Shown: positions 36,101 through 44,248 of the stretch, in pieces
Layout of the letters: every line of letters starts with the position of its first letter
Position numbering within the stretch: the stretch's first letter is position 1
Assembly: GCA_903900335.1 (NCBI GenBank)
Contig: CAIUMP010000056.1
Span: 157,020 to 221,019, forward strand
DNA: 64,000 nucleotides
Reading direction: 5' to 3'
Source of the DNA: an uncultured Ignavibacteriota bacterium
GTDB lineage: Bacteria > Bacteroidota > Ignavibacteria > Palsa-1295
The notes under the pieces: model-generated
Databases searched by the model: none
What the model was told of the DNA's origin: nothing
Seen by the model: only the letters and a program-made list of their open reading frames with translations
Position numbers and translations under genes: made by a program

Positions 36101-36804
36101 AGAAGCAGGGCCAGGGCCAATCCGGCGGTGGAAGTGGTGGCGAAGGCTCCGAGGGTCAGGACGGAGAAGGTGGCGAAGGCGAAGGTAGCTCACCCGGTGA
36201 GAGTGGCCAAAGCGGACAAGGCGGCTCTGGTGGCGCAATGCAGCAGTTTATCAGCCAGATCAACAAAATGGCACAGCAGCAGCAGGCGCTCAACAACCAG
36301 ATGGCAGGCATGGCCCAGGGCCAGGGTGGAAATCAGGGTGCCCAGAAAGAGATGATGCGTCAGCAGGCAATGATGAGCAAGCTTTCTGCTCAGCAGGAAG
36401 CTGTGAAAAAATCTATCGAGCAATTGGCGGATGAACAGCGGCAGTCCAAGACAGGAGTTCACCAGGCAGTGGATGATCTTCGTAAGATCGCTGACGAGAT
36501 GCAGCAGACCGTTGGCGACATGCGGTCCAACGGCGTTCGACCCGAGACGATCCAGCGCCAGGAGCGGATCCTCTCGCGCCTATTGCAAGCGCAGCGCTCT
36601 GTCCACGAGCGCGATAAGGACCAAGAGCGTGAATCCAAACCAGGTGAAGATGTTACACGTGAGTCCCCCCGCGATCTCAACATCCAATCCCCAGCTGCAC
36701 AGAAGGAGCTGCAAGATGAAATGCTCCATTCGCGTCAAACAGGTTACACACCAGACTACAACGCGCTTATTCGAAAGTACTTCGAGTCCTTGGAGAAGAA
36801 GTAG
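33181..36804 (+). CDS. 1207-aa membrane-anchored protein with a ~600-aa Q/K/E/M/A-rich coiled-coil low-complexity tail (possibly DUF4175-like)
   Basis: Two to three N-terminal TM helices are present (…ALVISLGAILAEMIG…WLFWIAFLLSLGAIGGFAV…). A ~500-aa structured middle region follows. From ~aa 560 onward come heptad-like Gln/Lys/Glu/Met-rich repeats (…QELQKKVNEALNEMRQMK… and …KKMKDAQKKLADLKKKMSESEK…) and an acidic Gly/Ser spacer (GGGSGGEGSEGQDGEGGEGEGSSPGESGQSGQGGSGG). The antisense ORFs on the track in this interval are low-complexity artefacts. Confidence 0.7.
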   Translation: MPQELYHELLSRLARLRHRRESVALWSGVCNGMASALVISLGAILAEMIGHLSIDGRTWLFWIAFLLSLGAIGGFAVPPLLVRLGIRPRATDDELASSVGHHFPIVSDRLVNTLQLTRPLFAESSTLIGSPAFAMAAFQSAYSSVRDVDFNAIVEERPVKRSALIFFFSLMLGLALFVSAKEEMLGASGRLIHHRTFYQKPAPFTFVVSPGDKRVMRGDSVRLVIVTRGEQLPQIHIRLREEGQKDFDVLTVASSPMDSSFTRQGFHSGFVYTIHAQHPVEYFAESREIESDHFRISVLDHPIVRSLNVEVEPPAYTHQKSSKLSENIGDVAGVAGTKGVFRVVASSPLMKATLVFSTTDTAGHHSDSAKSTYSYPLTISDSIATGAVGFMRSGSYHIDLLDRDSVASEHPIEYTVTVTKDEPPQIVIIEPGGHAELPSDMRLDMLARIHDDFGFRGVRLGYKLTHSKYLPPDTGFKWMTVPLSNYNAQDLDVPYIWNMTPLSIGPEDEMTYLMEVTDNDAVTGPKSTRTPEFTVRVPSVQEIFKRADEEANKAQENMNAIKQDAQELQKKVNEALNEMRQMKSSDIAKGSQDFSKQKDMQQMLERQKQLNDRIDQVAKDLQQMTHAMEQQNVLSPETMQKYQELQELFKQIDSPELKKAMDDLQKAMQKNIDPKKLQDAMQNMKQNEENFRKSIERTANILKKIQAEQKIDELMKSASQLAKQEQQSADSAHSRMDQGKPPTQDQKAAEARKQQDAQKELDRMREVMKDVAEQMKKLPEKMQSPQEMKAAVEALADPSADKDMQMAEDAAQKGDEQRAAQNAQSAAKKMKDAQKKLADLKKKMSESEKARTIREMKQLRDELNRLSKEEEAIKTKAHDAAQNSNVFRDLAEQQSQKKDQLGQTASKAMQLAQKSTKVTPEMGRQMGKAFGEMQKGEEAMTERNQQGAEQSSQAAMTALNKASQEMQQAMQAMQKQGQGQSGGGSGGEGSEGQDGEGGEGEGSSPGESGQSGQGGSGGAMQQFISQINKMAQQQQALNNQMAGMAQGQGGNQGAQKEMMRQQAMMSKLSAQQEAVKKSIEQLADEQRQSKTGVHQAVDDLRKIADEMQQTVGDMRSNGVRPETIQRQERILSRLLQAQRSVHERDKDQERESKPGEDVTRESPRDLNIQSPAAQKELQDEMLHSRQTGYTPDYNALIRKYFESLEKK

Positions 36805-36858
36805 TCACATCGGACAGATGATCTTCTTACTCGTCGAAGTGTGAGGAGGAAGATCCTC

Positions 36859-37794
36859 CTAGTTGTTTCTCCGCAGCCTTGATCTCACTAGGACTGCCGA
36901 GAGGTTCAGCATAAAAGTCAGGATCAGGAGCACCATCGTGGTGGTGTACTGAAGAGGAATGGTCTTGTCGACGTTGGCAGACTGTGTTGCCAGAACGTAG
37001 ATATGGTACCCGAGATGCATGAACTGGTCGGTCAATGCATGTGGCGTGTGTGGCAGGAAGAAGGCGGCTCCTGTAAAGAGAATAGGTGCCACTTCGCCAG
37101 CACCACGGCTAACCGCGAGTATCATGCCAGTGAGTATTCCTGAAATCGATCCAGGAAGGACGATCTTCCAAATGGTTTGAAGTCGAGTAGCTCCGAGCGC
37201 AATAGATGCCTCGCGGTTCTCGCGCGGCACATTCCGGATCGCCTCTTCAACGGAGACGATCACTACAGGTAACGTGAGAAAGCCCATTGTCATGGAAGCC
37301 CAGAGGATATTCGGTTGACCCCAAGTGAGGTGGCCTCCGAAAAGTGCTCCATCAATGCCTTTGCCGATGAACTGCACAAAGAATCCGAGTCCGAACAATC
37401 CGAAGACGATTGCTGGCACGCTTGCAAGCGTGTTGACCGCAAAGCGAATGATCCGCGCGAAGATGGAGTCAGGGCTGGCATACTCGGAGAGATAGATTGC
37501 CGTGATCGTCCCCAAGGGCACCGCCATGATAGACATGAGCAACGTCATGTAAACTGTGCCAATGATGGCCGGGAAGATCCCGCCTTTGGTCATTCCCTCT
37601 TCGGGTGCCTGCGTGAGGAATTCCCAGGTAAAGTGCTCCTTGCCACCGTTGAAAATAGAAACGATGACGATCGCAATGATCGCAAGAATGAAAAAGGCAG
37701 CAGCGCCGGTGAGTGTGGCCGCCAGTTTATCCGCTGCGCCTCTGCGGCCCTTCGCCGAAGGAAGAAATGTGGGTGTGGAAATAGCGTTAGTCAT
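36859..37794 (-). CDS. pstA: phosphate ABC transporter permease PstA
   Basis: It has 6 TM segments and the ABC-permease EAA-like region (…AIRNVPRENREASIALGATRLQTIWKIVLP…). It lies immediately downstream of pstC with 0-nt spacing. Confidence 0.85.
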   Translation of the reverse strand: MTNAISTPTFLPSAKGRRGAADKLAATLTGAAAFFILAIIAIVIVSIFNGGKEHFTWEFLTQAPEEGMTKGGIFPAIIGTVYMTLLMSIMAVPLGTITAIYLSEYASPDSIFARIIRFAVNTLASVPAIVFGLFGLGFFVQFIGKGIDGALFGGHLTWGQPNILWASMTMGFLTLPVVIVSVEEAIRNVPRENREASIALGATRLQTIWKIVLPGSISGILTGMILAVSRGAGEVAPILFTGAAFFLPHTPHALTDQFMHLGYHIYVLATQSANVDKTIPLQYTTTMVLLILTFMLNLSAVLVRSRLRRNN

Positions 37795-39303
37795 TTACTT
37801 TCCTTGAATCCTCCGGATGAGACGCTTGCGTACCCAAAACTCCACGAAGCAATTCATCGAAAAAGTGAAGATGAAGAGGAGTGAGCCGATGAAAAAGAGA
37901 ACGTTATAATGTTGATCGCCGAACACCACTTCCGCCATCTCTGCGCCGATGGTTGCCGCGAAGGTGCGAACAGGCTCCAGGAAATTGGCGCTGCTGAGTG
38001 GCGCGTTGCCAGTGGCCATGAGGGCTATCATCGTCTCGCCGAATGCACGACCGAATCCGAGAACGAGCGCGGCGAAGACTCCAGGAATTGCCGCTGGCAG
38101 AACCACGCGGAAAGCTGTCTGCCATTTAGCTGCACCGAGAGCGTCGCTTGCTTCTTTCAGTGAGTGCGGTACGGCAACGAGTGCGTCTTCCGAGATGGTG
38201 AAGATGATCGGTATGACAGCGAAGCTCATCGCAATTCCACCCAGGAAGGAGTTTAGCCGGTATTGATAATCGAAGAAGTTCTGAAATACCGTTGCCATGA
38301 CGATGAGCGCGAAGAAGCCGATGACAACGCTGGGAAACCCCGCGAGAAGCTCAATGGCGGGCTTGATGAGCTCCCGTGACCACTTCGGTGCGAATGTGCT
38401 CGTGAACAACGCGGCGAGAATACCGAGTGGACCACCGAATAGGATCGATATCAGCGTTACCTTGAGCGTACCGATAAATAGAGGCGTAAGTCCGAATTTT
38501 GGTACGGTTGAAACAGGCTGCCACGTTAGCTGCGCCAGATGGGGGATGTCCGTGGCGTGCGCTCGATCGTAGTTCTCGGAAAGTTCTTTTGTGCGAAGAC
38601 TGTCGATCTGTTTCCGGGCTTGGCGGAGTGCTGCGGAATCTACCGCTTCTACAGCTGGTGTCAATTGGGCCAGCGGTTTCGCAACTGTGTCGGATCGCTT
38701 TGCTTTCGCAGGGGTAGCCGCCACTATCTTTGTGGATGGTTCGGACTTCACCTTCTTTGTCGAAGCTGAGTCCACTTTGGAGGTGGTAGTGGCTATTTTC
38801 TTCTCTACCTTTGCTGGCTCTTCCTTCTTTGGGGGTGCGGGGGTGTCGTCGGCCAGAGGATCATAGACTTCCTGCTCAACATTTCCACCTTCCTTCGTTA
38901 CCTTGACTTGCTTGCCACTGGCATCCGTCTTCGTTTCAACTTTTGTTGCGGCTTTGAATTTCGCCTTGGATGCGATGTCCGCTTTCTCGGATGCTGTCCC
39001 TGGGCTGGTGGTGTTTGGTGAGAGCTCGCGGGCGAGCGCTAGTACTGCCGCCGACGATGTATCGACCGCCGTGCGGTTTTCCGGATGCGAGGTGAACATC
39101 GGCCACGCCTCGCGGAAGACGAATACGAAGATCAGGATGATCGCCGCGAAGCATGAAAATGCGAGCGCTTTGATACCGAATTCAATGACGGCCGTGAAGG
39201 GTCGGCTCTTGCGGTTCGCCGTAAGAGGTCCCCACTTCGAGGCAACCGTTCGCCGGTGCTCGTCAGGTTTTGTTGTCTCTTGCGTCTTGTCGTTTTCGTT
39301 CAC
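37795..39303 (-). CDS. pstC: phosphate ABC transporter permease PstC with a ~140-aa Lys/Ala/Thr-rich insertion after TM1
   Basis: TM1 …FSCFAAIILIFVFVFREAWPMF… is followed by …ASKAKFKAATKVETKTDASGKQVKVTKEGG…KKEEPAKVEKKIATTTSKVDSASTKKVKSEPSTKIVAATPAKAKRSDTVAKP…. The canonical PstC core then follows (…LFGGPLGILAALF…EASDALGAAKWQTAFRVVLP…). At 502 aa it is well above the ~300 aa typical of PstC. Confidence 0.8.
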   Translation of the reverse strand: MNENDKTQETTKPDEHRRTVASKWGPLTANRKSRPFTAVIEFGIKALAFSCFAAIILIFVFVFREAWPMFTSHPENRTAVDTSSAAVLALARELSPNTTSPGTASEKADIASKAKFKAATKVETKTDASGKQVKVTKEGGNVEQEVYDPLADDTPAPPKKEEPAKVEKKIATTTSKVDSASTKKVKSEPSTKIVAATPAKAKRSDTVAKPLAQLTPAVEAVDSAALRQARKQIDSLRTKELSENYDRAHATDIPHLAQLTWQPVSTVPKFGLTPLFIGTLKVTLISILFGGPLGILAALFTSTFAPKWSRELIKPAIELLAGFPSVVIGFFALIVMATVFQNFFDYQYRLNSFLGGIAMSFAVIPIIFTISEDALVAVPHSLKEASDALGAAKWQTAFRVVLPAAIPGVFAALVLGFGRAFGETMIALMATGNAPLSSANFLEPVRTFAATIGAEMAEVVFGDQHYNVLFFIGSLLFIFTFSMNCFVEFWVRKRLIRRIQGK

Positions 39304-39392
39304 GTTCGATGAGTAGGCTGATTGTCATAACATGGAAAGGCGCGGACCAGTCCCTGCTGTGTCCACGCCTTTTCCATTTCGTAATCACACTA

Positions 39393-40229
39393 TTACTTCA
39401 CAGGGAAGAAGCCTTCGTTGACGACGACTTGCTGACCCTCTGCACCAAGTACCCACTTGATGAAATCCTTCGTTGCTCCATCCGGCTTTGCGCGGAGGTA
39501 GAAATAAAGGTAGCGGGTGATCGGGTAGCTGCCATTGGCTACGTTCTCCGCTGAAGGAAGATATGCTGCATCGGCATTGCCATGACGAACGGCACACTCC
39601 TTGACTTCCTTAGCATAGCCTGCTCCACCAAATCCGATTCCGGCTGGGTCGCGCTTTACTGCGTTTACGACAGCAGCGGTTCCCGGAAGCGCCTGCATGG
39701 TGTTCGCATAATCCTCGTTCAGGAGGACGTTCTCCTTAAGGAACGAGTACGTACCGCTGGAATTTTCACGACCGTAAAGGATAATGTCCTTATCATCGCC
39801 GCCGACTTCCTTCCAGTTCTTGATCTTGCCAGTGTAGATGCCGCGAATCTGTTCGAAGCTGAGCTCCTTAAGTGGGTTGGCTTGATTGAGGAAGATCGTG
39901 AGCCCGTCCTTGGCGGTGCGGACCTCAATGCCCGTTGTGCCGAAACGATCGCGGAGCTTCAGTTTCTCCGCGTCCTTCATGGGGCGGGAGGCGGTGCAGA
40001 TGTCGGTCGTTCCATTGATGAGCGCGCTGATGCCCGTACCCGAGCCGCCGCCGTTCACCTGGATCTGAACTCCGCTGTTCTGCTTCATGTACTTCTCAGC
40101 CCAGCGTTGAGCGAGCTGTACCATCGTGTCGGAACCCTTGATGGTGATGACGTCCATCGGTGTGAACGCCGCGACGGTCGCCGCAACAAGTGCGAGTGCC
40201 GCAAGTTTGAGTGATAGTGATTTTAACAT
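39393..40229 (-). CDS. pstS: phosphate-binding protein PstS (periplasmic or lipoprotein)
   Basis: It has a signal peptide (MLKSLSLKLAALALVAATVAAF). PstS-family motifs are present (…GSDTMVQLAQRWAEKY…VNGGGSGTGISAL…DICTASRPMK…). Confidence 0.8.
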   Translation of the reverse strand: MLKSLSLKLAALALVAATVAAFTPMDVITIKGSDTMVQLAQRWAEKYMKQNSGVQIQVNGGGSGTGISALINGTTDICTASRPMKDAEKLKLRDRFGTTGIEVRTAKDGLTIFLNQANPLKELSFEQIRGIYTGKIKNWKEVGGDDKDIILYGRENSSGTYSFLKENVLLNEDYANTMQALPGTAAVVNAVKRDPAGIGFGGAGYAKEVKECAVRHGNADAAYLPSAENVANGSYPITRYLYFYLRAKPDGATKDFIKWVLGAEGQQVVVNEGFFPVK

Positions 40230-40385
40230 GGTAGTCGTAATTCTATGAGTTGATGCCGATGTTGATCGGCTATAGTGTTGTTTTGACGGTGTGTTCTGTG
40301 CTACTCTAACGCAGAAGCGGGCCGAATAGCCGTTACGGCCCGCTTACCATTGCGTTATTAAACCATTCGTGAGAAAACGGTTGTC

Positions 40386-42065
40386 TTAGAACTTGTACTG
40401 CATACGGAAGGTGAAGCGGTCGTCCTTCGGATCGCTTTGGGTAATGGTGTTGCCGCTAACCACGCGTGTATAGTCCTCATTCTTCACCATGTCATAGTCG
40501 AACATGAGGCGGACCGCACCAGAGACGAAGACGTTCGCATCGATTGTCAGTGTGGACTGCATCAAGTCCTGAGCAAAACCGGTGTTGGTCGTAATGCCTC
40601 TCTGGCTAGCGAGCGTAGCGAAATCCGTACCAGTGAACTTGGTGTTCGGATCATACACATCATAACGAATGCCGAGTTGGAACATGTCGGTGATGTTCTG
40701 TACGAGCATCGCATAGAATCCCATAACGTTTTTGAGGATGGTGACGGGACGCGGTGCGCCAAAGAGCGAAGAGTCTTCATGTGTGAAGAGAGCCGAAGTA
40801 CCGTAGAATGGCACCTGACCGGTGTACAATTCGGCCTTGATGATGCTTCCGCCAATTGGCAACACACTAAGGTAGAACTGTGCGTCGAAACCGAAAACCG
40901 AGCGGTTGCTCGAAAGGAACCCGCCGGACTCAGCCGTTGCGGCCTTCGGGTTGAATGTTCCGGAGGCACCGTGTCCGGCGCGGCTGCTGGCTGATCCGCC
41001 GTTAGCAGCGTTGTCAAACTTCGAACCATCGGAAATAACGAGAACGCCATTTGTACCGCTGTATTGTCCGATAAGATCGGTCGGTTCGTTGATACCGCCG
41101 ATGCTCCAGGAGCCGCCGACATCAAAGCTGAAATCATCCGACAGAAGGAACGGCAGACGAATGTGCCCGATAAGCTCGCGGCCGTCTTGACGGAAGCCAC
41201 CACCTGCGTTGTCAAAGAGTGCAAGATCACCTGCTGTCGTCATGTTTGCATTGATCTTGTTGAAAAGGAGCGTATCCGCGGCAGTCTTCGCAGTGGCGAG
41301 GGATTTGAGCGCGATACCACCAATAGCCGCTCCATTCGCGAAATACGACCCGTTGGTTGCGGGGGTGTTCGTGTTTCCACCGGCTCCGCCATTGGCCACA
41401 GGGCTACCAAAGCTGCCGGAGTTGAACAGGACTGGTCCCTTCGCGAAGTTGTCCGAACCGTTGAAGATACCGACTTCAAGCAATGGATGCATGGTGCCCA
41501 GGGTCGGTGTCACCGCCAACTGAATACCGAGATCGCGCTCGCCATTGAACAGGCGATTTTCTGCGAGCGAACGTTCTGTGACTTCGCGAGCCGAAGAAGA
41601 GTAGGCAATTTCATATCCGAATGGGCGATTCATTGCACCCATCGAGAGATCGAATGTTGGTGTGATCTTCCAGCCAGCATAGACCTCCTTCATGATGACT
41701 CCGCTCTCGCTGATGTCAGGGTAGAGCGTGTAATACACATTATCGGTCGTATGTTGGAATTTGATACGGCCTCGGCGGATCGTGAAGAAGTTGCGGTTGT
41801 TTTGCTCATTGGCCGCGTTCGGTGTGCCAAAAGTATCGATATTGACCCACTGCCACTGTGGCTGTACATAGCCCGAGATCTTGAGCTGTGCCATTTTGGC
41901 GACGGTCGCCTCAAGCGTAGTCACGCGCTCATCGCCAGCGGCGACTTTTCCTTCGAGCGTGGTGACCTTCTCCTCTGTCGTCTGTGCGCTTGCTTTCTGG
42001 GTGCCGAAGAAGGTGAAGAGGCCCAACATTACTGCAAGGCTTAAGCGAGAACAAATTTTCTGCAT
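40386..42065 (-). CDS. outer-membrane beta-barrel porin, probably phosphate-selective (OprO/OprP-like), with an N-terminal coiled-coil segment
   Basis: It has a signal peptide (…AVMLGLFTFFGTQKASAQ). An ~40-aa heptad region follows (TTEEKVTTLEGKVAAGDERVTTLEATVAKMAQL). The rest is an aromatic-rich beta-strand body ending …RFTFRMQYKF with a C-terminal Phe. It lies directly upstream of pstSCA. Confidence 0.55.
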   Translation of the reverse strand: MQKICSRLSLAVMLGLFTFFGTQKASAQTTEEKVTTLEGKVAAGDERVTTLEATVAKMAQLKISGYVQPQWQWVNIDTFGTPNAANEQNNRNFFTIRRGRIKFQHTTDNVYYTLYPDISESGVIMKEVYAGWKITPTFDLSMGAMNRPFGYEIAYSSSAREVTERSLAENRLFNGERDLGIQLAVTPTLGTMHPLLEVGIFNGSDNFAKGPVLFNSGSFGSPVANGGAGGNTNTPATNGSYFANGAAIGGIALKSLATAKTAADTLLFNKINANMTTAGDLALFDNAGGGFRQDGRELIGHIRLPFLLSDDFSFDVGGSWSIGGINEPTDLIGQYSGTNGVLVISDGSKFDNAANGGSASSRAGHGASGTFNPKAATAESGGFLSSNRSVFGFDAQFYLSVLPIGGSIIKAELYTGQVPFYGTSALFTHEDSSLFGAPRPVTILKNVMGFYAMLVQNITDMFQLGIRYDVYDPNTKFTGTDFATLASQRGITTNTGFAQDLMQSTLTIDANVFVSGAVRLMFDYDMVKNEDYTRVVSGNTITQSDPKDDRFTFRMQYKF

Positions 42066-42278
42066 TTCGATTGAATTTGATAGTTATTTCAGACGCCGGC
42101 CCCGAATCCGGGCGAGACTAGTCCGTGTTGCTTAGGATGACTCATCATCCACGATGCAAAATTACGGGTTGGGCATTATTCTCAGTTTACCGTACCGTTA
42201 CCGAACGGTTAATTGTAAGGTAATGATTTGGTAATACAGGGGGCTATCCTGTTGCAACTCTCGAAGGATGACGCGGGC

Positions 42279-42713
42279 CTATCGCGGTATCCGATGCGTG
42301 GCCGGCGACTCTGCGATGATCGAGATAGAGTTGATCTCCCTGGCCAGGACCGTCCTTCGAACGTGATCATGAAGGTCATACCCGGTCCACATTCCGTCCG
42401 GGCCGTAGATGCCGCCGCCGGAGTTGTCGGTTGTGATGGTGCGCAGATAGAACTTGTATTCTTCACCAAGAATGCTTTTGATGAGGACTTTGGTCTTGTC
42501 GGTGACTTCCAGCCAATAGAGGGTACCACCATCATCTGCAACCGGGATCTGGCTGATGCTGCTTCCAGAGTACTTCCACTTTAGGGAGTCCGGAGCGATG
42601 GCACGCACTTCCGATTCTTTCGGGAAGTGGTAGAAATAAGTGGGTTGGCATGATGCCAAGGCCAGGATAAGGAGTAGTCCCGCGAGAGATAGTATCTTCA
42701 TCAGCATTGTCAT
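42279..42713 (-). CDS. small lipoprotein, hypothetical
   Basis: The internal start gives MTMLMKILSLAGLLLILALASCQ…, a signal peptide with a lipobox LASC. The ~120-aa mature protein has no recognisable domain. Confidence 0.45.
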   Translation of the reverse strand: MTMLMKILSLAGLLLILALASCQPTYFYHFPKESEVRAIAPDSLKWKYSGSSISQIPVADDGGTLYWLEVTDKTKVLIKSILGEEYKFYLRTITTDNSGGGIYGPDGMWTGYDLHDHVRRTVLAREINSISIIAESPATHRIPR

Positions 42714-42854
42714 GTGTTCTTGTAAGCGAAAGGAAATCCCTTCATGGGAGGTTTCCGCGTGGGCTGTTCTTAACAATTTGATAACTCGTTTAAGTCATTC
42801 GCTTATGTCGTATCAACAGTCCAGTTGGGAGTACAAGGGCTGCCCCGCAGTTGA

Positions 42855-44105
42855 TCACTCTACAAGAATGATCTTTGTGACGCGCATTCCATCCCCACAA
42901 ATAGCAGTCGCAATGAACGAGCCGCATCGAACTGCTTTACCATCCAGCGGAATTATGCTCTCCCCAGCTTCAAAAGGCCTCGCCCCAAGTTCGAGCATCT
43001 TGACCCCGAGAAGATTATAAATTGTGATCGCCACAGCCTGAGCTTCGGGCAAAACAAGTCTCAACCGAGCACCCACACCGACTGATTGCGCGGTCAGATC
43101 AAATTCGCTGGATATGTTGAGACCGCCTTTCACAGAACGAATCGGCAGGTCGCCTATTCGCATGATTCTGCCATTCAATGTTCCAGCATATGTCAGCCCG
43201 CTTTCCGTTGAGGTGACGGATAACATGACCGAAGAGCTGTCTGGAATACCGAGGTTGTAGAAGCCCCAATGAAATCCGTCATCGTACGAAAGCAGCATCC
43301 CATGGTCGGCGCTCCCGGCAAAGATCGAGTCTGATCGTACCGCCATGCAGTTGAATGCTATGCTTATGGGTCCCGGAATGATCTCCTGCCAGGAGTCTCC
43401 GCCGTCGAAGCCTCGAAGAAAGCGGCCCAACTTGGTCCCAGCGAAGATATTGTGCATGGAGTCGCACCCGAGTGCTGTCACTCTGTCGAAACTTGAAAGT
43501 GACTCGGTAGTGTCCCATCGCTCTCCCAAATTTGTTGAACGAGCAATATAACCGTTTATTCCGGCATAGATATCACCGTTCATTGCGGCCGCGAGTGACC
43601 ATACCCCCTTATGTGGTAAGCCGTTGTTGCGCTGATTCCAGGAGACCCCGTCGTCGGATGAGTAGAATACACCAAGACTCATATCTCCCGCGTAGTAGTG
43701 TCCGGTGCGATCCCATGCGAAACAATCAACGTGAGTATTCTCCGTGAGTCCTTTGGTTACCGCCCAATTGTGACCAGTGTCTGTCGAGCGAAATATCCCA
43801 CCCTCGGTGCTAGCGAGTAGTGTTCCGCTGGAACAGATCGTTACGGCGAAAACCTGCTTAGGAAAAAGTCCGTTACTTGCGGCGCCCCAGTGTTTGCCGT
43901 CGTCAGTGCTAAGAAATACACCGCTGTCGGTCGCAGCAAAGACGTTACCTGGTGCGTCGGCCGCTAAACCGGAGACCCTTCCACTCCCCAATTCGAAGAC
44001 TGGTTGCCAAGTTTGGGCCACCCCGGCTTTTGTCCGAGTAAGGCCAGCGAGGATGATCAGCCCAAGGATGAGATGATATAGACGAGAGGTTACGTGCCGG
44101 TTCAT
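42855..44105 (-). CDS. secreted BNR/Asp-box repeat protein with a T9SS C-terminal sorting domain
   Basis: From the ATG at 44105 the product is MNRHVTSRLYHLILGLIILAGLTRTKAGVAQ…. Six BNR motifs are present (DDGKHWGA, DTGHNWAV, DDGVSWNQ, NLGERWDT, DGGDSWQE, DDGFHWGF). The C-terminus …AITIYNLLGVKMLELG…GMRVTKIILVE fits a T9SS C-terminal domain. Confidence 0.65.
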   Translation of the reverse strand: MNRHVTSRLYHLILGLIILAGLTRTKAGVAQTWQPVFELGSGRVSGLAADAPGNVFAATDSGVFLSTDDGKHWGAASNGLFPKQVFAVTICSSGTLLASTEGGIFRSTDTGHNWAVTKGLTENTHVDCFAWDRTGHYYAGDMSLGVFYSSDDGVSWNQRNNGLPHKGVWSLAAAMNGDIYAGINGYIARSTNLGERWDTTESLSSFDRVTALGCDSMHNIFAGTKLGRFLRGFDGGDSWQEIIPGPISIAFNCMAVRSDSIFAGSADHGMLLSYDDGFHWGFYNLGIPDSSSVMLSVTSTESGLTYAGTLNGRIMRIGDLPIRSVKGGLNISSEFDLTAQSVGVGARLRLVLPEAQAVAITIYNLLGVKMLELGARPFEAGESIIPLDGKAVRCGSFIATAICGDGMRVTKIILVE

Positions 44106-44248
44106 ACAATTCAAATTTAGCACAATACTCATCGCCGGGCACGAAACCGCCGTGGGGGGAATTGTCACATTCCTGAGCCTGACTCCGATCACCTTGGAGT
44201 GAGAAACAGGTTCATTCTGACTGACACCGCCTGCTGCGATCTGAATTC

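Noticed and set aside
34800-36462. Stack of minus-strand and alternative-frame ORFs (34800..35021, 34895..35086, 35083..35442, 35126..35452, 35415..35834, 35798..36055, 35881..36120, 36056..36238, 36190..36462, plus 36128..36355 on the plus strand)
   Set aside because: They all lie inside the Q/K/E/M-rich low-complexity coding region of the 1207-aa gene. Their translations are Leu/Ser/Ala/Cys/Arg-rich mirror images of that repeat and they have no independent starts or signals. They are artefacts of low-complexity DNA.
37904-39316. Plus-strand ORFs 37909..38163, 37949..38266, 38297..38572, 38499..38769, 38591..38866 and 38903..39316, and minus-strand ORFs 37904..38125, 38253..38435 and 38936..39154
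   Set aside because: They are antisense or out-of-frame within pstC and its low-complexity insertion, with no supporting features.
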